NCBI GenBank assembly: GCA_963764625.1 | Contig: CAVXTH010000009.1 | Coordinates: 256,001 to 320,000 of the forward strand | Reading direction: 5' to 3' | From: Candidatus Krumholzibacteriota bacterium | GTDB lineage: Bacteria > Krumholzibacteriota > Krumholzibacteriia > JAJRXK01 | Length of the DNA stretch: 64,000 bases | Shown: positions 27,801 through 36,920 of the stretch, in pieces | Layout: each line of letters starts with the position of its first letter | Numbering within the stretch: position 1 is the first letter of the stretch | Program-made: the position numbers and the translations under genes | The notes under the pieces: generated by a model | What the model was told of the DNA's origin: nothing | The model's database searches: none | The model's input: the letters and a program-made list of their open reading frames with translations, nothing else

Positions 27801-29707
27801 TCCTGGCGCAATCGTTCGGACTGCAGGCGGAGAGAATCCCGGCGGGCCAGAAGTCGTGGAGGAATGAGATTCCCCTGCATGAGGGAGTCGAAGGCCGCTG
27901 CCAGAGTTTCCCCGCGGCTTCGCTGCGCGCTTAGCTGGGTATAGAGACTCCGACTGTTCCCCGCGATCTTCGGCTTCAAGACCTCATCGAACGAGCGGCC
28001 CACGAGTTCGGGCATGCGTCGTCCGTAGTGGGTGACGAGCGAGTCGAGCTCGGTGGCAAGGGCCAGCTCGTCCTCGAGAACGACTCCCGCGTTGTGCTCG
28101 AAGGGGTGCCGCTCCGGGCGCTGGCTTTGGGGTCCATCGACCCAGAACTGGCGCAGCGCGCGCAGAAAGATCTGGTTTCGCTCGAGCTCGACTCTCACCC
28201 GGCGTGTCCGTCGCACGATGCGCGCGTTTACGGTGGACTGCAGGGAGTCCATGGCGGCCAGATTGCGGTCGAGCTGAGCCAGACGCGCTTCGAGCTCGGC
28301 CAGTGCGCGATCGAGTTCCGTCAAGCTCGATTGGGTTTTGTGCTTGCCCGCTTCGAGGTAACGCTGGCGTCGTTGAGACTGGTCTCGCGCCTGAGCGATT
28401 TTGTACTCGAGCTGTCCGCGGGCAAAGTCGAGTCGCTCAGACTTCGTCTGCAGCGAATCGAGGGGGGACAGATCCTCTGGGGTGGGTTGATGTCGCGCCC
28501 AGCGACCAGCGTTCGAAGGTCGAAAGAAAGCGAGTGGGCCGGGCTCCCAGCGCTCGGCGTCCGGTCGTCTCAGATCGAAGGCCTCCTGAATGGCGTGGAC
28601 GGCGAACGATTCCAGTTCGTCCGTGTGGTAGGGTAGAGTGGTTCCCGCCTCGTCTCCGCTCCGCCAAGCCTCATACGCGGCATCCAGATTCTCGCCGTTC
28701 TTCAAGCTGTCGAGCTGGGACCATTCGAGAGTCCAATCGGACTCGGCGCTTTGGTAGAGCTCGAGCGCGGCTTCGAAGTGAGACTGGTCCATCTCCAGTT
28801 CCCCCTTCAGAAGCAGCGCGGCCCGGTGCGTTTCTCCCGAACCCTCGAGCTGCAGAAGCTCGTCGATTTCCCGCCGGGCCTCCTCCTCTTGCTTTTGCTT
28901 CAGGTCGATCAGAACCAGCATGTGAAGCGCGCGGCCGCGGTAACGACAGTCCCGTGGCACGCCCTTTAGAAGCTCGCGGGCATCGTCGCCTCGCTCCAGA
29001 GCCGCGGTAGCCAGGGCAAGGCGGGCGCCTCCCACCAGATCCGCGTCGGATGTGGTCTTGGGGCGTAAGGTGGAGAGCTTCTCCCAGATCGGCGTGGCGG
29101 AGACTCCACTCGCCTCCTGGGCGAGGGCCTGCAGGTGCAGCTTCAGAGCGCGCAACGATTCGTCGACCTCGCGCTCTCGCAGAAGCGTGAGCGCCTCATC
29201 GCCTCTGTTTTCCTCCAAGAGGAGGGAGGCGCCCAGAAGGACCGCCGCGTCTTGGTCCTTGGGGATCGGTCCTTCGAGCGTACCCAGAGTGAGAGCCCGG
29301 TAGGCGATCCACTGACCGAAGGGGGAGTCCTTCGCGAGAGGAACTCGCCGCGCAAGGTCAAAGAACGAGGCGAGGTCACCGAGCCGAAGATAGCATTCGG
29401 CCAAGAGGAAAGCGGCGCGGTCAACCCGGGCGAACCGTGAATTCGGGCTCATGTCGATGGCCTGCAGCTGCTCTACCGCGCGATGGAGATCCCCCTGCGT
29501 CCATGCGGTGAGCGCGCACGAGAGGTGGAAGGCATCCCAGCCTTCGCGGGGCGCGAGAGTTTGGGTGGGGCCGGCGGCTTCGGACTCGACCAAGCCGGCT
29601 CCCGCCGGAGCCGCGACAGTGAGGAGAAGACAGACGGCGCCCATGATCCCGCCCGCCATGCGCGGAACGAGCCAGAGAGTCAGCCGACTGCGGTCACGAT
29701 TCCACAC
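24854..29707 (-). CDS. Giant periplasmic TPR/coiled-coil protein (1617 aa), GltD/AgmU-like C-terminal part
   Basis: Signal peptide, TPR block, coiled-coil, second TPR block, C-terminal SAYRIGE...RPQGLNEDELLSYDEVLKEQ resembling GltD-type termini. Confidence 0.8.
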   Translation of the reverse strand: MWNRDRSRLTLWLVPRMAGGIMGAVCLLLTVAAPAGAGLVESEAAGPTQTLAPREGWDAFHLSCALTAWTQGDLHRAVEQLQAIDMSPNSRFARVDRAAFLLAECYLRLGDLASFFDLARRVPLAKDSPFGQWIAYRALTLGTLEGPIPKDQDAAVLLGASLLLEENRGDEALTLLREREVDESLRALKLHLQALAQEASGVSATPIWEKLSTLRPKTTSDADLVGGARLALATAALERGDDARELLKGVPRDCRYRGRALHMLVLIDLKQKQEEEARREIDELLQLEGSGETHRAALLLKGELEMDQSHFEAALELYQSAESDWTLEWSQLDSLKNGENLDAAYEAWRSGDEAGTTLPYHTDELESFAVHAIQEAFDLRRPDAERWEPGPLAFFRPSNAGRWARHQPTPEDLSPLDSLQTKSERLDFARGQLEYKIAQARDQSQRRQRYLEAGKHKTQSSLTELDRALAELEARLAQLDRNLAAMDSLQSTVNARIVRRTRRVRVELERNQIFLRALRQFWVDGPQSQRPERHPFEHNAGVVLEDELALATELDSLVTHYGRRMPELVGRSFDEVLKPKIAGNSRSLYTQLSAQRSRGETLAAAFDSLMQGNLIPPRLLARRDSLRLQSERLRQEQSEVRAAIALRVARRGQEKLSKERESLDYHLADAAFEQAIEVATDPKTNEQTQLVQTAREQAIGRIEDFLTQYPDSFTRGECRFRLADLKLLDARQKFQGRMAGFLKEKPSDRQLNDRRWAPFIEYGPVVELYRKILAEDTDFPHLDAVLYALGMVLSDDGQAEGSAQLQRLVQQYPESQYAQEAWLRLGDERFNAKDYAAAVPLLRKAAGGTDASLSAIAYYKLGWAYYEQDRFLDAADGFRSLLDLYSAHEDLASSTDLRDEAEEYLVHSLVRGGGAETFASFFDGVGSRPYESRILATMGALLKSYSLYEESIACDKLFLSRYPRKSAALDLAKRMVDSYGRWNRNDEGRRTCLELAPLFMEGGTWYLANQDEARREEALEFAKSSYRDAAVYWHQRAKKSDSSEDWRRALDSYETFLTHWPAQPESARLSYQAGEAATALGSYARAISYFTVAAGDTAAFAKDAAWQCVATADQWYQSSVDTTAAASSAGADSLARKVLVLGDEYLQRYPHDALSGELRWREAQLAYRHAWNREAARRFGEMAEYQPDDERVPLSLRLQGDALHRDGAFRDAATAYETALSAAVAAGQDSLALGLRPIIPLCYYENAESVAHSDSSAGEGKAAPLFVELAQRFPEFAHADQSLYRGGLGYLQTDQLEPAVSAFRELLREHPESDQARDAALQIAKAYESHGEKQEAALAYANFSRRFPQDIDGTDALLKAAELMEQAGEHSKAEALNDEFLRRYPGEFDSAMEIREARAQRELQRVTAGEITLATLLTGRGDAAKTAQADSTASNLSAYLALAESHPDRAQPSILAQVEFLKAEAIHEEYSALKLTQPLPASIDAKKLKLEELLSAYQKCTKYEIRLYTHASAYRIGEALIEFGDALQQSQRPQGLNEDELLSYDEVLKEQSWSFYDRGEEAWNEMLRQNPLGSEDEGGWLAKTRHTLWPRVAQRFLHRPTVDYPLVNAAAPSRGSE

Positions 29708-29721
29708 GGACTCGAACGCTC

Positions 29722-30537
29722 CTAGCGCTGCCAGACTTGGGGATTCAGCTGAGCACTGGGATCATTCGCGTCGAGCTGGGAGAGATCTAGTTCGAGAAAA
29801 GTGAGCTGGTCACGCGGAGTCTGAAACTCGAGGGTGGTGGCGGGTACCTGGTCCCAACCCTCTCCCGAAAGTAGCAGCTCCATGCGGTGGGCACGGGGCT
29901 CGACGAATTCGTGGTAGATCTGGGCCACGCCGCCCTCTTGTAGGGCCTTTTGCTGCTCGGGGCTGAGCGCGATGTGAAGAGTCGTGTTCTCTTCGCGCAG
30001 AAGAAGTGAGTCGGGCGCACCGGACTTGGGGAGGCCCCGCAAGACGACCACCAGGGCGGTTTCCTGCCGCCCGAGGAAGTTCTTCTCGAGATCCAGAAGT
30101 CTTCCCTGCTGGTCGGCCAGAAGCTGCTCGAAGAGATCGAGTTGGGCCTCCACGCCGGAGAGCTCGTCCACTTTGGCGAGGAGCTGGCGCTGGGCCAGAT
30201 TGCCACGCTCATCCTGAATCGTGTCACGCGCGGCCGCGATGTCTTCCTCCATCTTCCGAAGGAGCAAGAGGCGCTGATCGATCACTTGCGCCTGACCGTC
30301 GCGATCGTATCCGATCTCCAACCGCAACTGATCGAATTGCGAACGGAGAAACGAACGGTTGTCGCGCAAGAAACGGAGGCTCTCGTACTTTCGTTTCTTG
30401 TGGTCCGCTCGCTTCACCTCGAGGGTTTCCTTCACCGAGTGTCCACTGCCGGTGGCTGGCTCGTCGGCTCGCGCCGCCGAGCTTCCGCAGCAGAAGAGAG
30501 CCAATCCTAGGCCCAAGAGCACGAGTTTCGAGTTCAT
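29722..30537 (-). CDS. Secreted coiled-coil protein with C-terminal beta domain
   Basis: Signal peptide, heptad-rich middle, C-terminal KALQEGGVAQIYHEFVEPRAH; GGAGG RBS; tightly coupled in the operon. Confidence 0.7.
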   Translation of the reverse strand: MNSKLVLLGLGLALFCCGSSAARADEPATGSGHSVKETLEVKRADHKKRKYESLRFLRDNRSFLRSQFDQLRLEIGYDRDGQAQVIDQRLLLLRKMEEDIAAARDTIQDERGNLAQRQLLAKVDELSGVEAQLDLFEQLLADQQGRLLDLEKNFLGRQETALVVVLRGLPKSGAPDSLLLREENTTLHIALSPEQQKALQEGGVAQIYHEFVEPRAHRMELLLSGEGWDQVPATTLEFQTPRDQLTFLELDLSQLDANDPSAQLNPQVWQR

Positions 30538-30538
30538 C

Positions 30539-31105
30539 TCATCCCCTCCAGGTCTTGAGGACCTTGCCGTCTTTGGCAGAGACCACAACCCACAGAGCGG
30601 GCGCATTCTGGCTCGTGTAGAGCAGAGTCCAGGTACTCAGATCAGGCTTCTGGTGGTAGAACGCGCCGCGAATGAGCAGCATGGTGTGCAGGGTTCCTCC
30701 CTGTTCCTGACGGTACTTGCGCCCCGCCTTGCTCTCCGCCGCGGCCAAGGCCACGTCACTGTCGATCCAGGTTTTCGAAAGGGGAGGGGGATCTTGCAGC
30801 TCGAATTCGAGATCCGCCGCTTCCAGAATCTCTCCGTCGCGGACGGTGTAACCACGCGATTGCCCCTTGCTCTCGCTGTAGAAGAGATAACCCCAGCGAA
30901 CCGCCTTTCCGGTGGCGTCCACGTCTTCGTCGTTCTCCAAATAGACCAGCTTGGCATCGGCGGCCCAGCTTTGGGCCGCCGCGCGCACGAGCTCCAGGCC
31001 AGAGGTGGCGGAGGTCGATTGATGCTGCTCGGCCCGGGCGGAATGGTTGATCACGAGGACCAAGATGGCGGCCACCAGCGCCCGGGTAGTTGATTGCAGT
31101 TGCAT
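30539..31105 (-). CDS. Secreted hypothetical protein (PepSY-like features)
   Basis: Signal peptide ending ARA, IDSDVALAAAE, VVVSAKDGKVL; AGGAG RBS. Confidence 0.7.
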   Translation of the reverse strand: MQLQSTTRALVAAILVLVINHSARAEQHQSTSATSGLELVRAAAQSWAADAKLVYLENDEDVDATGKAVRWGYLFYSESKGQSRGYTVRDGEILEAADLEFELQDPPPLSKTWIDSDVALAAAESKAGRKYRQEQGGTLHTMLLIRGAFYHQKPDLSTWTLLYTSQNAPALWVVVSAKDGKVLKTWRG

Positions 31106-31114
31106 GTGCGACTC

Positions 31115-31960
31115 CTAGAATAAGTACGAGGTGCCGATGCTGAACTCGAGGTTGTTGTTCACGCGACGTGCCTCTTCCGATCCCGAGCGGAAGCGGTAGT
31201 TTCTCACTTCCCAGCGCATCGCCCACTTCTTGCTCACGAACATCTGGGTTCCAGCGCCGTAGTTGATGCTCGATTCGCTCTCGCCTTGCATGATCGTCGA
31301 GCCCACTCCGAAGGTGAGGTAGGGCACCATCTGCCGGCCCGGGAGAATGCGCACGTTCATGTTCATGTTGTAGAACAGCATGTGGAATTGTTCGGCCTCC
31401 AAAGAGAGGTCGAAGAGGCTCTCGACGATCTCCGCGGGACGCGAGACTCTGGTCCAGCTGACGCCACCCTCCACTTCGAGGAAGTCGAAGAGGTAATATC
31501 CAAGCTTGCCTCCCAGGACCGCCGAGTTGGACTTGCGATCGAAGGCATAGCCACCGGCGTAAAACGTCAAAGAGAAACTCCCCACCCGTGAGAAGAGACG
31601 AGGGTTGGGGCGGAATTCCAAATCGGACATGTCGTCGAATTCCTCGCACAGCGAGGAGTGAACCCAACCGGTATTGGTCTCGTTCAGGCGAATGTTGTAC
31701 CACTCGCCGCGCTTCGCGATGACCACAAACTCGGATCCTCCATCGTAGGTCGCGACGATCGCGAAGGTATCACCGGGGCCCGAGCGGACCACGTTCTGGT
31801 CTTGCTTGAGGCGGACCTTCTTTTCGCGGAGCACGTAGGGCTTGTCGGCATCGTCTTGGTGCTTGCGCTGAGCATCGTCCGCCCACGCCGGCCGCGCGGC
31901 GAGCATCGTCATAACGCAAGCGAAGAGGAAGAGGCCGTGATATCGTCGCAGTGTCGGCAT
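31115..31960 (-). CDS. SH3b domain + outer-membrane beta-barrel protein (GltA/B/H-like)
   Basis: NVVRSGPG...RGEWYNIRL...GWVH (SH3b), then barrel strands, C-terminal IGTSYLF. Confidence 0.85.
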   Translation of the reverse strand: MPTLRRYHGLFLFACVMTMLAARPAWADDAQRKHQDDADKPYVLREKKVRLKQDQNVVRSGPGDTFAIVATYDGGSEFVVIAKRGEWYNIRLNETNTGWVHSSLCEEFDDMSDLEFRPNPRLFSRVGSFSLTFYAGGYAFDRKSNSAVLGGKLGYYLFDFLEVEGGVSWTRVSRPAEIVESLFDLSLEAEQFHMLFYNMNMNVRILPGRQMVPYLTFGVGSTIMQGESESSINYGAGTQMFVSKKWAMRWEVRNYRFRSGSEEARRVNNNLEFSIGTSYLF

Positions 31961-31994
31961 TGTACGTCCGTCCGTGATCAGAGTTGGTGGGGCT

Positions 31995-32645
31995 TTAAAG
32001 ATCCAGCAGCCAGGAAGCGCTGAGCCCCAGTCCCCAATTGGAAAATCCGCGGCGCTGTCGAACGATCTCCGTGCCGCGTCGATGAGAGGTGTCGAGCGCG
32101 AAGGTCCAGTATCCCAGTTGGGCACTCAGAGCCATCGTCCCGAAGAACTCGCGCCGGAGCGCGGCGCTGAAGCCCCCGGTCCATTCGTCGATGGGTGCGA
32201 AATCGACCTCAACCGGGTCGCTTCCATCCGGTGGGGAAAGAAGCAAGCGTTGCGGAGAATAGCGCATCATCAATTTCCCTCCCTGGACTTGCGCCCAGAG
32301 CTGCACGCTCTGCCACTGCAAGATCCGGTAGGCTGCCCGCAGTTCGACGCTGTTCAAACTCACCTGGGGCGAGGTCGGCGCGCTCGCGAGACCGCTTGCC
32401 TGTGAGGTCGAGGTGGTGCGCAGGATCAGACCCCCCTCCCACCGCCCGTGCAGAGCGAGGGCGTGCGCGGTCAGCGCGGAATGAGGCCGCACGTCCCAGC
32501 GGAAATCGGCCAGCGCATCGTCGTAGACCATGGCGGTGACTCCGGCGCCGAGATCCATGCGCCAGCCCTCGGCCGCCGCGGCGCGAGCGGAACAAAGAGT
32601 GAGCGCCATCACAGCTACACTCAGGCTAAGCCCGGTTCCTCTCAT
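31995..32645 (-). CDS. Putative small outer-membrane beta-barrel protein
   Basis: Signal peptide, alternating strands, C-terminal WGLGLSASWLLDL. Confidence 0.7.
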   Translation of the reverse strand: MRGTGLSLSVAVMALTLCSARAAAAEGWRMDLGAGVTAMVYDDALADFRWDVRPHSALTAHALALHGRWEGGLILRTTSTSQASGLASAPTSPQVSLNSVELRAAYRILQWQSVQLWAQVQGGKLMMRYSPQRLLLSPPDGSDPVEVDFAPIDEWTGGFSAALRREFFGTMALSAQLGYWTFALDTSHRRGTEIVRQRRGFSNWGLGLSASWLLDL

Positions 32646-33277
32646 GGCGTCGCCGCTCCGGGCGCTATGACTTGAAGCTCCAAGCCGCAGCCCAAAATCT
32701 CATGATCGCGTGACAGATAGGGAGTCACGATGAGCGTGTCTCTTCCCGTGGGGAGTTCGATTTCGTCCCCTTCCGCCATGTAGAGCAGGAGGAAGAGGCC
32801 TCCCATCATTCCCGAATCTGGATACGAAGCGGTCATCGCGTCAGGGACCGAGCCCTGGAAGTCCAGGTCGAAGTCCTGCATCAAATGGTCGAAGCCGGTG
32901 ACCGCGCGTGTCGCGCGGCCCGCGGTGACGGAGTTCTCCAGTACGAGGTCGACCTGCTGCGCCTGATCCAGGTCGTGGACGGTGGGGTCCAGGGCGACTG
33001 TTTCCGGCGAAACGTTGCGGCTATAGCGCAACTCGGCGACCAGATAGCCGGTTTGAATCGCGCGATAGGTGATGCGCCCTTTTACGTGCACCGCGATGCC
33101 TGCATCCGATGAGACCGATGCCTGCGATTGCGGCTCGCTTTCGAGCATCTCGAGAAGTGTCCACCGCTTGTCGATCTGTGGTTCTCCGAGACATCCCGAC
33201 ATCGCGGCGAGAATCGCGGCGGCCAAGACCACCGCCCCCGGCTTCCACTTCGCCCTGTTTACGGTCCAAGTCCTCAT
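32642..33277 (-). CDS. Hypothetical lipoprotein
   Basis: Lipobox AMSG-C after hydrophobic core; AGGAG RBS; 4-nt overlap with next gene. Confidence 0.7.
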   Translation of the reverse strand: MRTWTVNRAKWKPGAVVLAAAILAAMSGCLGEPQIDKRWTLLEMLESEPQSQASVSSDAGIAVHVKGRITYRAIQTGYLVAELRYSRNVSPETVALDPTVHDLDQAQQVDLVLENSVTAGRATRAVTGFDHLMQDFDLDFQGSVPDAMTASYPDSGMMGGLFLLLYMAEGDEIELPTGRDTLIVTPYLSRDHEILGCGLELQVIAPGAATP

Positions 33278-33286
33278 GATCAACTC

Positions 33287-34936
33287 CTACTTCACCAGGA
33301 CCATCTTGGAGACCAGGGTTTCGTTCCCGAGCTCGAGACGGTAGAGATAGACTCCCGACCCGACCGGGCGACCCTCGTCGTCCTTTCCGTCGAAGATGAC
33401 TTCGTGAATCCCGGTCGAGGCCTGCCCGCTGTGAAGCTGCCGCACCCTGCGCCCGGATGCGTCGTAGACCGTGATGCGATAGAACAGCGCGGGACCGCTC
33501 GGCACCACGAAGCGGATGGCAGTCGAGGGGTTGAAAGGATTGGGAGAGTTCCCCAAGAGGGCGGGTTTGAGCGGAAGACTGGGTCCGCCCGTGCCGCTCA
33601 TCGCGAAGTCGAGCTGCGACTGCGCGGTGATCGATTCGTCATAGCTCGACTGAGCCGTAAGGCGCAGCTGGTAGTCGCCGCTGCTCCACGACGCCACAAA
33701 AGCGTCCTGAGCGAACTCGAGCTCGTGCCGTCCCGCGTCCAATTCGACGGAAGCTAGACTCGCAACGACTCGATCGGTCTTCGGATCGACGATCGTGGCC
33801 TGAACCCGCGCGTGATCGCTCATGGTGAACGAGAAGCTCGGCTGACTGGCGGGAATCAGCGCGGTCTCGCTGATCTCGATGCCAAGGGTCATGAGACGTA
33901 AGCCGCTGTCCGCACCCCATTGTTCCACGACCAGCGCCGAACCCTGACCCGCACCGTACACCGCGCCGGTACGGTGGTCGGTGACCCGCACGTAGGGAAC
34001 GTGAATGCTGCGTGGACGGTGCAGTCCCGCCGTCAACTGGGCCACGGGAAGCATGGTAGGGGTGTACTTGACGACCATGCCCTCCTGCGGTGACGCGGCG
34101 TAGACGTCACCCCACTCGTCGGTGTCGAGCGAGCTGATCATTCCCAGGTTCTGGGGAAGGCTGCCCTCCCAGCTCAGATTGCCGCCCTCATCGCTCAAGT
34201 GCACGATGCGACGATTGTGAGCGTCGGCGACGTATACGTCCTTGGTGCTCGTTCCGGCCTTTCTTCCCACCGTGATAGCCATCGGACCGGCGAAGAATCC
34301 ATTGCCTGAGCCAAGGCTGCCGATGCGCGAAACGGGCTGGGCGTGATCCTTTAGAATGCGATAGGAGACGACTTCGTTACGGCCAGAATTGGCCACATAG
34401 AGCAGGTCGTCGTCCTCTTGCATCGGAGTGCCTCCGTCGGAAAACGCGACGTCGTAGGGAGCGTTCAGACCATCCAGCTCGAAGAGAGGCCTCAGGTTCA
34501 TCTGATCGAACTCGCTGTCTACCGCGAATGCGAGGACGCGATCGTTGCCGGTGTCGGCCACGAAGACGCGCGAGTAGCCATCGGTACTCATGCCATGGGG
34601 CGCACTGAGATGACCGAAGGATCCATCCGTGCCGTCGGTAGCGGAAAGGCCCTGTCCGGACTCACCGTAGAGCAGGCGATTCCATTTGGGGTCGGACACG
34701 ATCTGAAACCACCGGGATTCCAGGTAGGGAAAGCCCTCGTAGATATCGACGTTGCCGACGACCACGGTGGCGTAGGGATCCCCGAAGAGTTGACGTTGAA
34801 CCAGTTCGTTCGCCGTTTGACGGGTCAGCACGTCCACGCCCTGCTGGGCGAGGTACGGAGCAGGCTCAAAAGTAGCGGCCTGTGTGGCGGTGGTCGAAAG
34901 AACCAGCAGGATGAGTATCAAAGCTGTCCGGCTCAT
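33287..34936 (-). CDS. NHL-repeat beta-propeller protein with C-terminal FlgD-Ig/T9SS-like sorting domain
   Basis: FVADTGNDRV, LYVANSGRN, VYVADAHNRRI; ends NSPNPFNP...YDASGRRVR...GVYLYRL...KMVLVK. Confidence 0.85.
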   Translation of the reverse strand: MSRTALILILLVLSTTATQAATFEPAPYLAQQGVDVLTRQTANELVQRQLFGDPYATVVVGNVDIYEGFPYLESRWFQIVSDPKWNRLLYGESGQGLSATDGTDGSFGHLSAPHGMSTDGYSRVFVADTGNDRVLAFAVDSEFDQMNLRPLFELDGLNAPYDVAFSDGGTPMQEDDDLLYVANSGRNEVVSYRILKDHAQPVSRIGSLGSGNGFFAGPMAITVGRKAGTSTKDVYVADAHNRRIVHLSDEGGNLSWEGSLPQNLGMISSLDTDEWGDVYAASPQEGMVVKYTPTMLPVAQLTAGLHRPRSIHVPYVRVTDHRTGAVYGAGQGSALVVEQWGADSGLRLMTLGIEISETALIPASQPSFSFTMSDHARVQATIVDPKTDRVVASLASVELDAGRHELEFAQDAFVASWSSGDYQLRLTAQSSYDESITAQSQLDFAMSGTGGPSLPLKPALLGNSPNPFNPSTAIRFVVPSGPALFYRITVYDASGRRVRQLHSGQASTGIHEVIFDGKDDEGRPVGSGVYLYRLELGNETLVSKMVLVK

Positions 34937-34959
34937 GTCCGGCTCCTTTCTCGGGTCCA

Positions 34960-36114
34960 TCAGAACGACATCTCGAGACCAGTCTCGAAGATGTTCGCGG
35001 TGAAGTTGTTGCTATTGAAGTAGCGTTCGTAGCCCAAGGTGAGGTCGAGATGATCGACGAAGTCGAAACGAGCGAGAAGACGATCGAGGTTCCAGAATAC
35101 TTTTCCCCCGAACAGATGGGCGGTGAACGAGCCGAGTCGGTAGTCGCCCGTCAGATAGCCGTCGATTCCAGAAACGTTTGTATATTCATCGCGATAGAAA
35201 TACGCCGCCTGTTGGTCGTAGAAGCGATAGCGATAGCGGACGATGAACTTGTCGGTGACGTACTGGGTGAGTTTTGCCCCCGCGGTGTGAGAGCGCACTC
35301 CCCAGTCGTCGGAGTAGTAGCGGTAATCGACCTTCAGACTCGAGCGGTTCTTGAGGTACTGACTCAGGTCCACGAAATAGTCGTCGCGTCCACGCTCGGA
35401 AGGATGTCTCTCCGCGACCTTGGTTCCCCCGGCGTAGACGTTCCGGTAGGGGTTGTGCTGGAGGCCTTCCACCGAACTGCGCTCGATGCCGGCGCGGAGG
35501 ACGGTGGTGGGCGTCAGGACTTGCGTGGCGACGAAGCTCCAGTAGAAAGTGTTGCGTTCGCCGGCGATCCCGGCGGTATCCTCGTCACTCAGAGGATGTA
35601 TGCGGTCCCAGGCGTAGTTGAGCCCCACCGCGAGATTCAAGTTCTTGTCGAAGAAATCACGGTTGTAGTTCGTCCAGACCATCTGAGCGTAGTAATCGCT
35701 CTCGTTGGAGACGTAGTAGCCGGCTTGGGCGTGCTTGTAGTCGAGATTGCCCTGAATTTCGTTTCTCACCTTTACGAAGTCGGTGAAGGCGTCTTGCAGG
35801 CTCGAAATGGGACGGCTCGCGGTCGTGATGGCGTCGACGGCTTCCGGACTTCCGACCGGAGCATCCACCGCAGGTACCACGACCGTCTCGTGGTTGAGCT
35901 GCACCACTCCTTCCAGTGAATTGTCCATCTGCAGGTCGTAGCGAAGGTAGTGCGACGACACCGAGACACGATCCACATCGCTGAAAAAGTGGAAAGTGTA
36001 GCTGGCGAGCTGATGCTCGATGCCCGCGCAAGCGCTACCGTACCCCGAGCTCAGAAGCAAGAGGCTCAACGCGGTGCCGACGATGGCGGGGGTCGATCGA
36101 AAGCTCACTTGCAC
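34960..36114 (-). CDS. DUF3570-like outer-membrane barrel
   Basis: VDAITTAS, SNESDY, NPYR, ERHPSERGR, YRYYSDDWGVRSHT, RYRFYDQQAAYFY, DYRLGSF; GTG start overlaps the DUF4266 stop. Confidence 0.85.
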   Translation of the reverse strand: MQVSFRSTPAIVGTALSLLLLSSGYGSACAGIEHQLASYTFHFFSDVDRVSVSSHYLRYDLQMDNSLEGVVQLNHETVVVPAVDAPVGSPEAVDAITTASRPISSLQDAFTDFVKVRNEIQGNLDYKHAQAGYYVSNESDYYAQMVWTNYNRDFFDKNLNLAVGLNYAWDRIHPLSDEDTAGIAGERNTFYWSFVATQVLTPTTVLRAGIERSSVEGLQHNPYRNVYAGGTKVAERHPSERGRDDYFVDLSQYLKNRSSLKVDYRYYSDDWGVRSHTAGAKLTQYVTDKFIVRYRYRFYDQQAAYFYRDEYTNVSGIDGYLTGDYRLGSFTAHLFGGKVFWNLDRLLARFDFVDHLDLTLGYERYFNSNNFTANIFETGLEMSF

Positions 36115-36320
36115 GCGCAGCCCCCACCGGCGCCACCGATGCCCCCCGAGGAACCTTCGCGGGCCTCGAGCCACTTCAGCTCGCGCATTCCTTCGCGGGC
36201 ATCGTAGCTGGAAACCATGATCTGATCGGTCAAGTACTCCTTCTGATACGCCTTCACCGAAGCACAGCCGGTGATGGCGGGCAGAAGCAGTAGGATCGCG
36301 AGCATGAGTCTGCGTCTCAT
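36105..36320 (-). CDS. DUF4266-like small lipoprotein
   Basis: ITG-C lipobox, VKAYQKEYL, REGSSGG...GGGCACK C-terminus. Confidence 0.85.
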   Translation of the reverse strand: MRRRLMLAILLLLPAITGCASVKAYQKEYLTDQIMVSSYDAREGMRELKWLEAREGSSGGIGGAGGGCACK

Positions 36321-36910
36321 CGAGCACCTCCGCTCAGGGGCGTGGTTCGTGCCGTGGCCGAAGAAGCCGACGACACCAATCGTTCCACGGTTTTCTCTAC
36401 CGCGTTCAGGGCTTCGTCTCCGCTCTTGCCGGTGACTAACGCGAGCTCACCCGACTGATCCAACACGTAGGTGCAGGGCAGAGAAGGCAGGTTGAGCCTC
36501 TTGGCCAATCCGTCGGGACCGTCGTGATAGACCTCGAGCCCGAGCTTGGCCTTCGTCACGAAGCGGCGTGCGTTGTCCGCTTCGTGATCGATGGAAATCG
36601 CCACGACGCGGGCCCCTTTGTCGAGCCAACGGGCGTTCCACGCGTCGAGTGCGGGCATTTCCTGCTGGCACGGGGCACACCAACTGGCCCAGAAGTTCAC
36701 CACGACCACCTCTCCGCGGTATTCGGAAAGCGAGTGCGTGTCTCCGTTCAAGTCGCGCAAGGAGTACTCACGCAACTCACGAGCCACGTCTTTGGCGTCG
36801 TTCGCAGCGCCGCCGGCCCGCGCGACGGACGAGAGTGGAGGGAGCGTCGAGCTCATCACCAATACGGTCACGAGCAACGCCAGGCGCAGGCTTCTTCCCC
36901 GGTGCATCAC
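36317..36910 (-). CDS. TlpA/ResA-like thiol-disulfide oxidoreductase
   Basis: [17 protein letters not shown], signal peptide. Confidence 0.92.
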   Translation of the reverse strand: MMHRGRSLRLALLVTVLVMSSTLPPLSSVARAGGAANDAKDVARELREYSLRDLNGDTHSLSEYRGEVVVVNFWASWCAPCQQEMPALDAWNARWLDKGARVVAISIDHEADNARRFVTKAKLGLEVYHDGPDGLAKRLNLPSLPCTYVLDQSGELALVTGKSGDEALNAVEKTVERLVSSASSATARTTPLSGGAR

Positions 36911-36920
36911 GGCCGCGCTC

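Noticed and set aside
20813-29707. Myxococcus-type gliding motility locus
   Set aside because: No GltI/GltJ/AglZ/MglA/CglB-like genes in the window, and the GltG-like protein lacks a cytoplasmic FHA domain; motility cannot be claimed.
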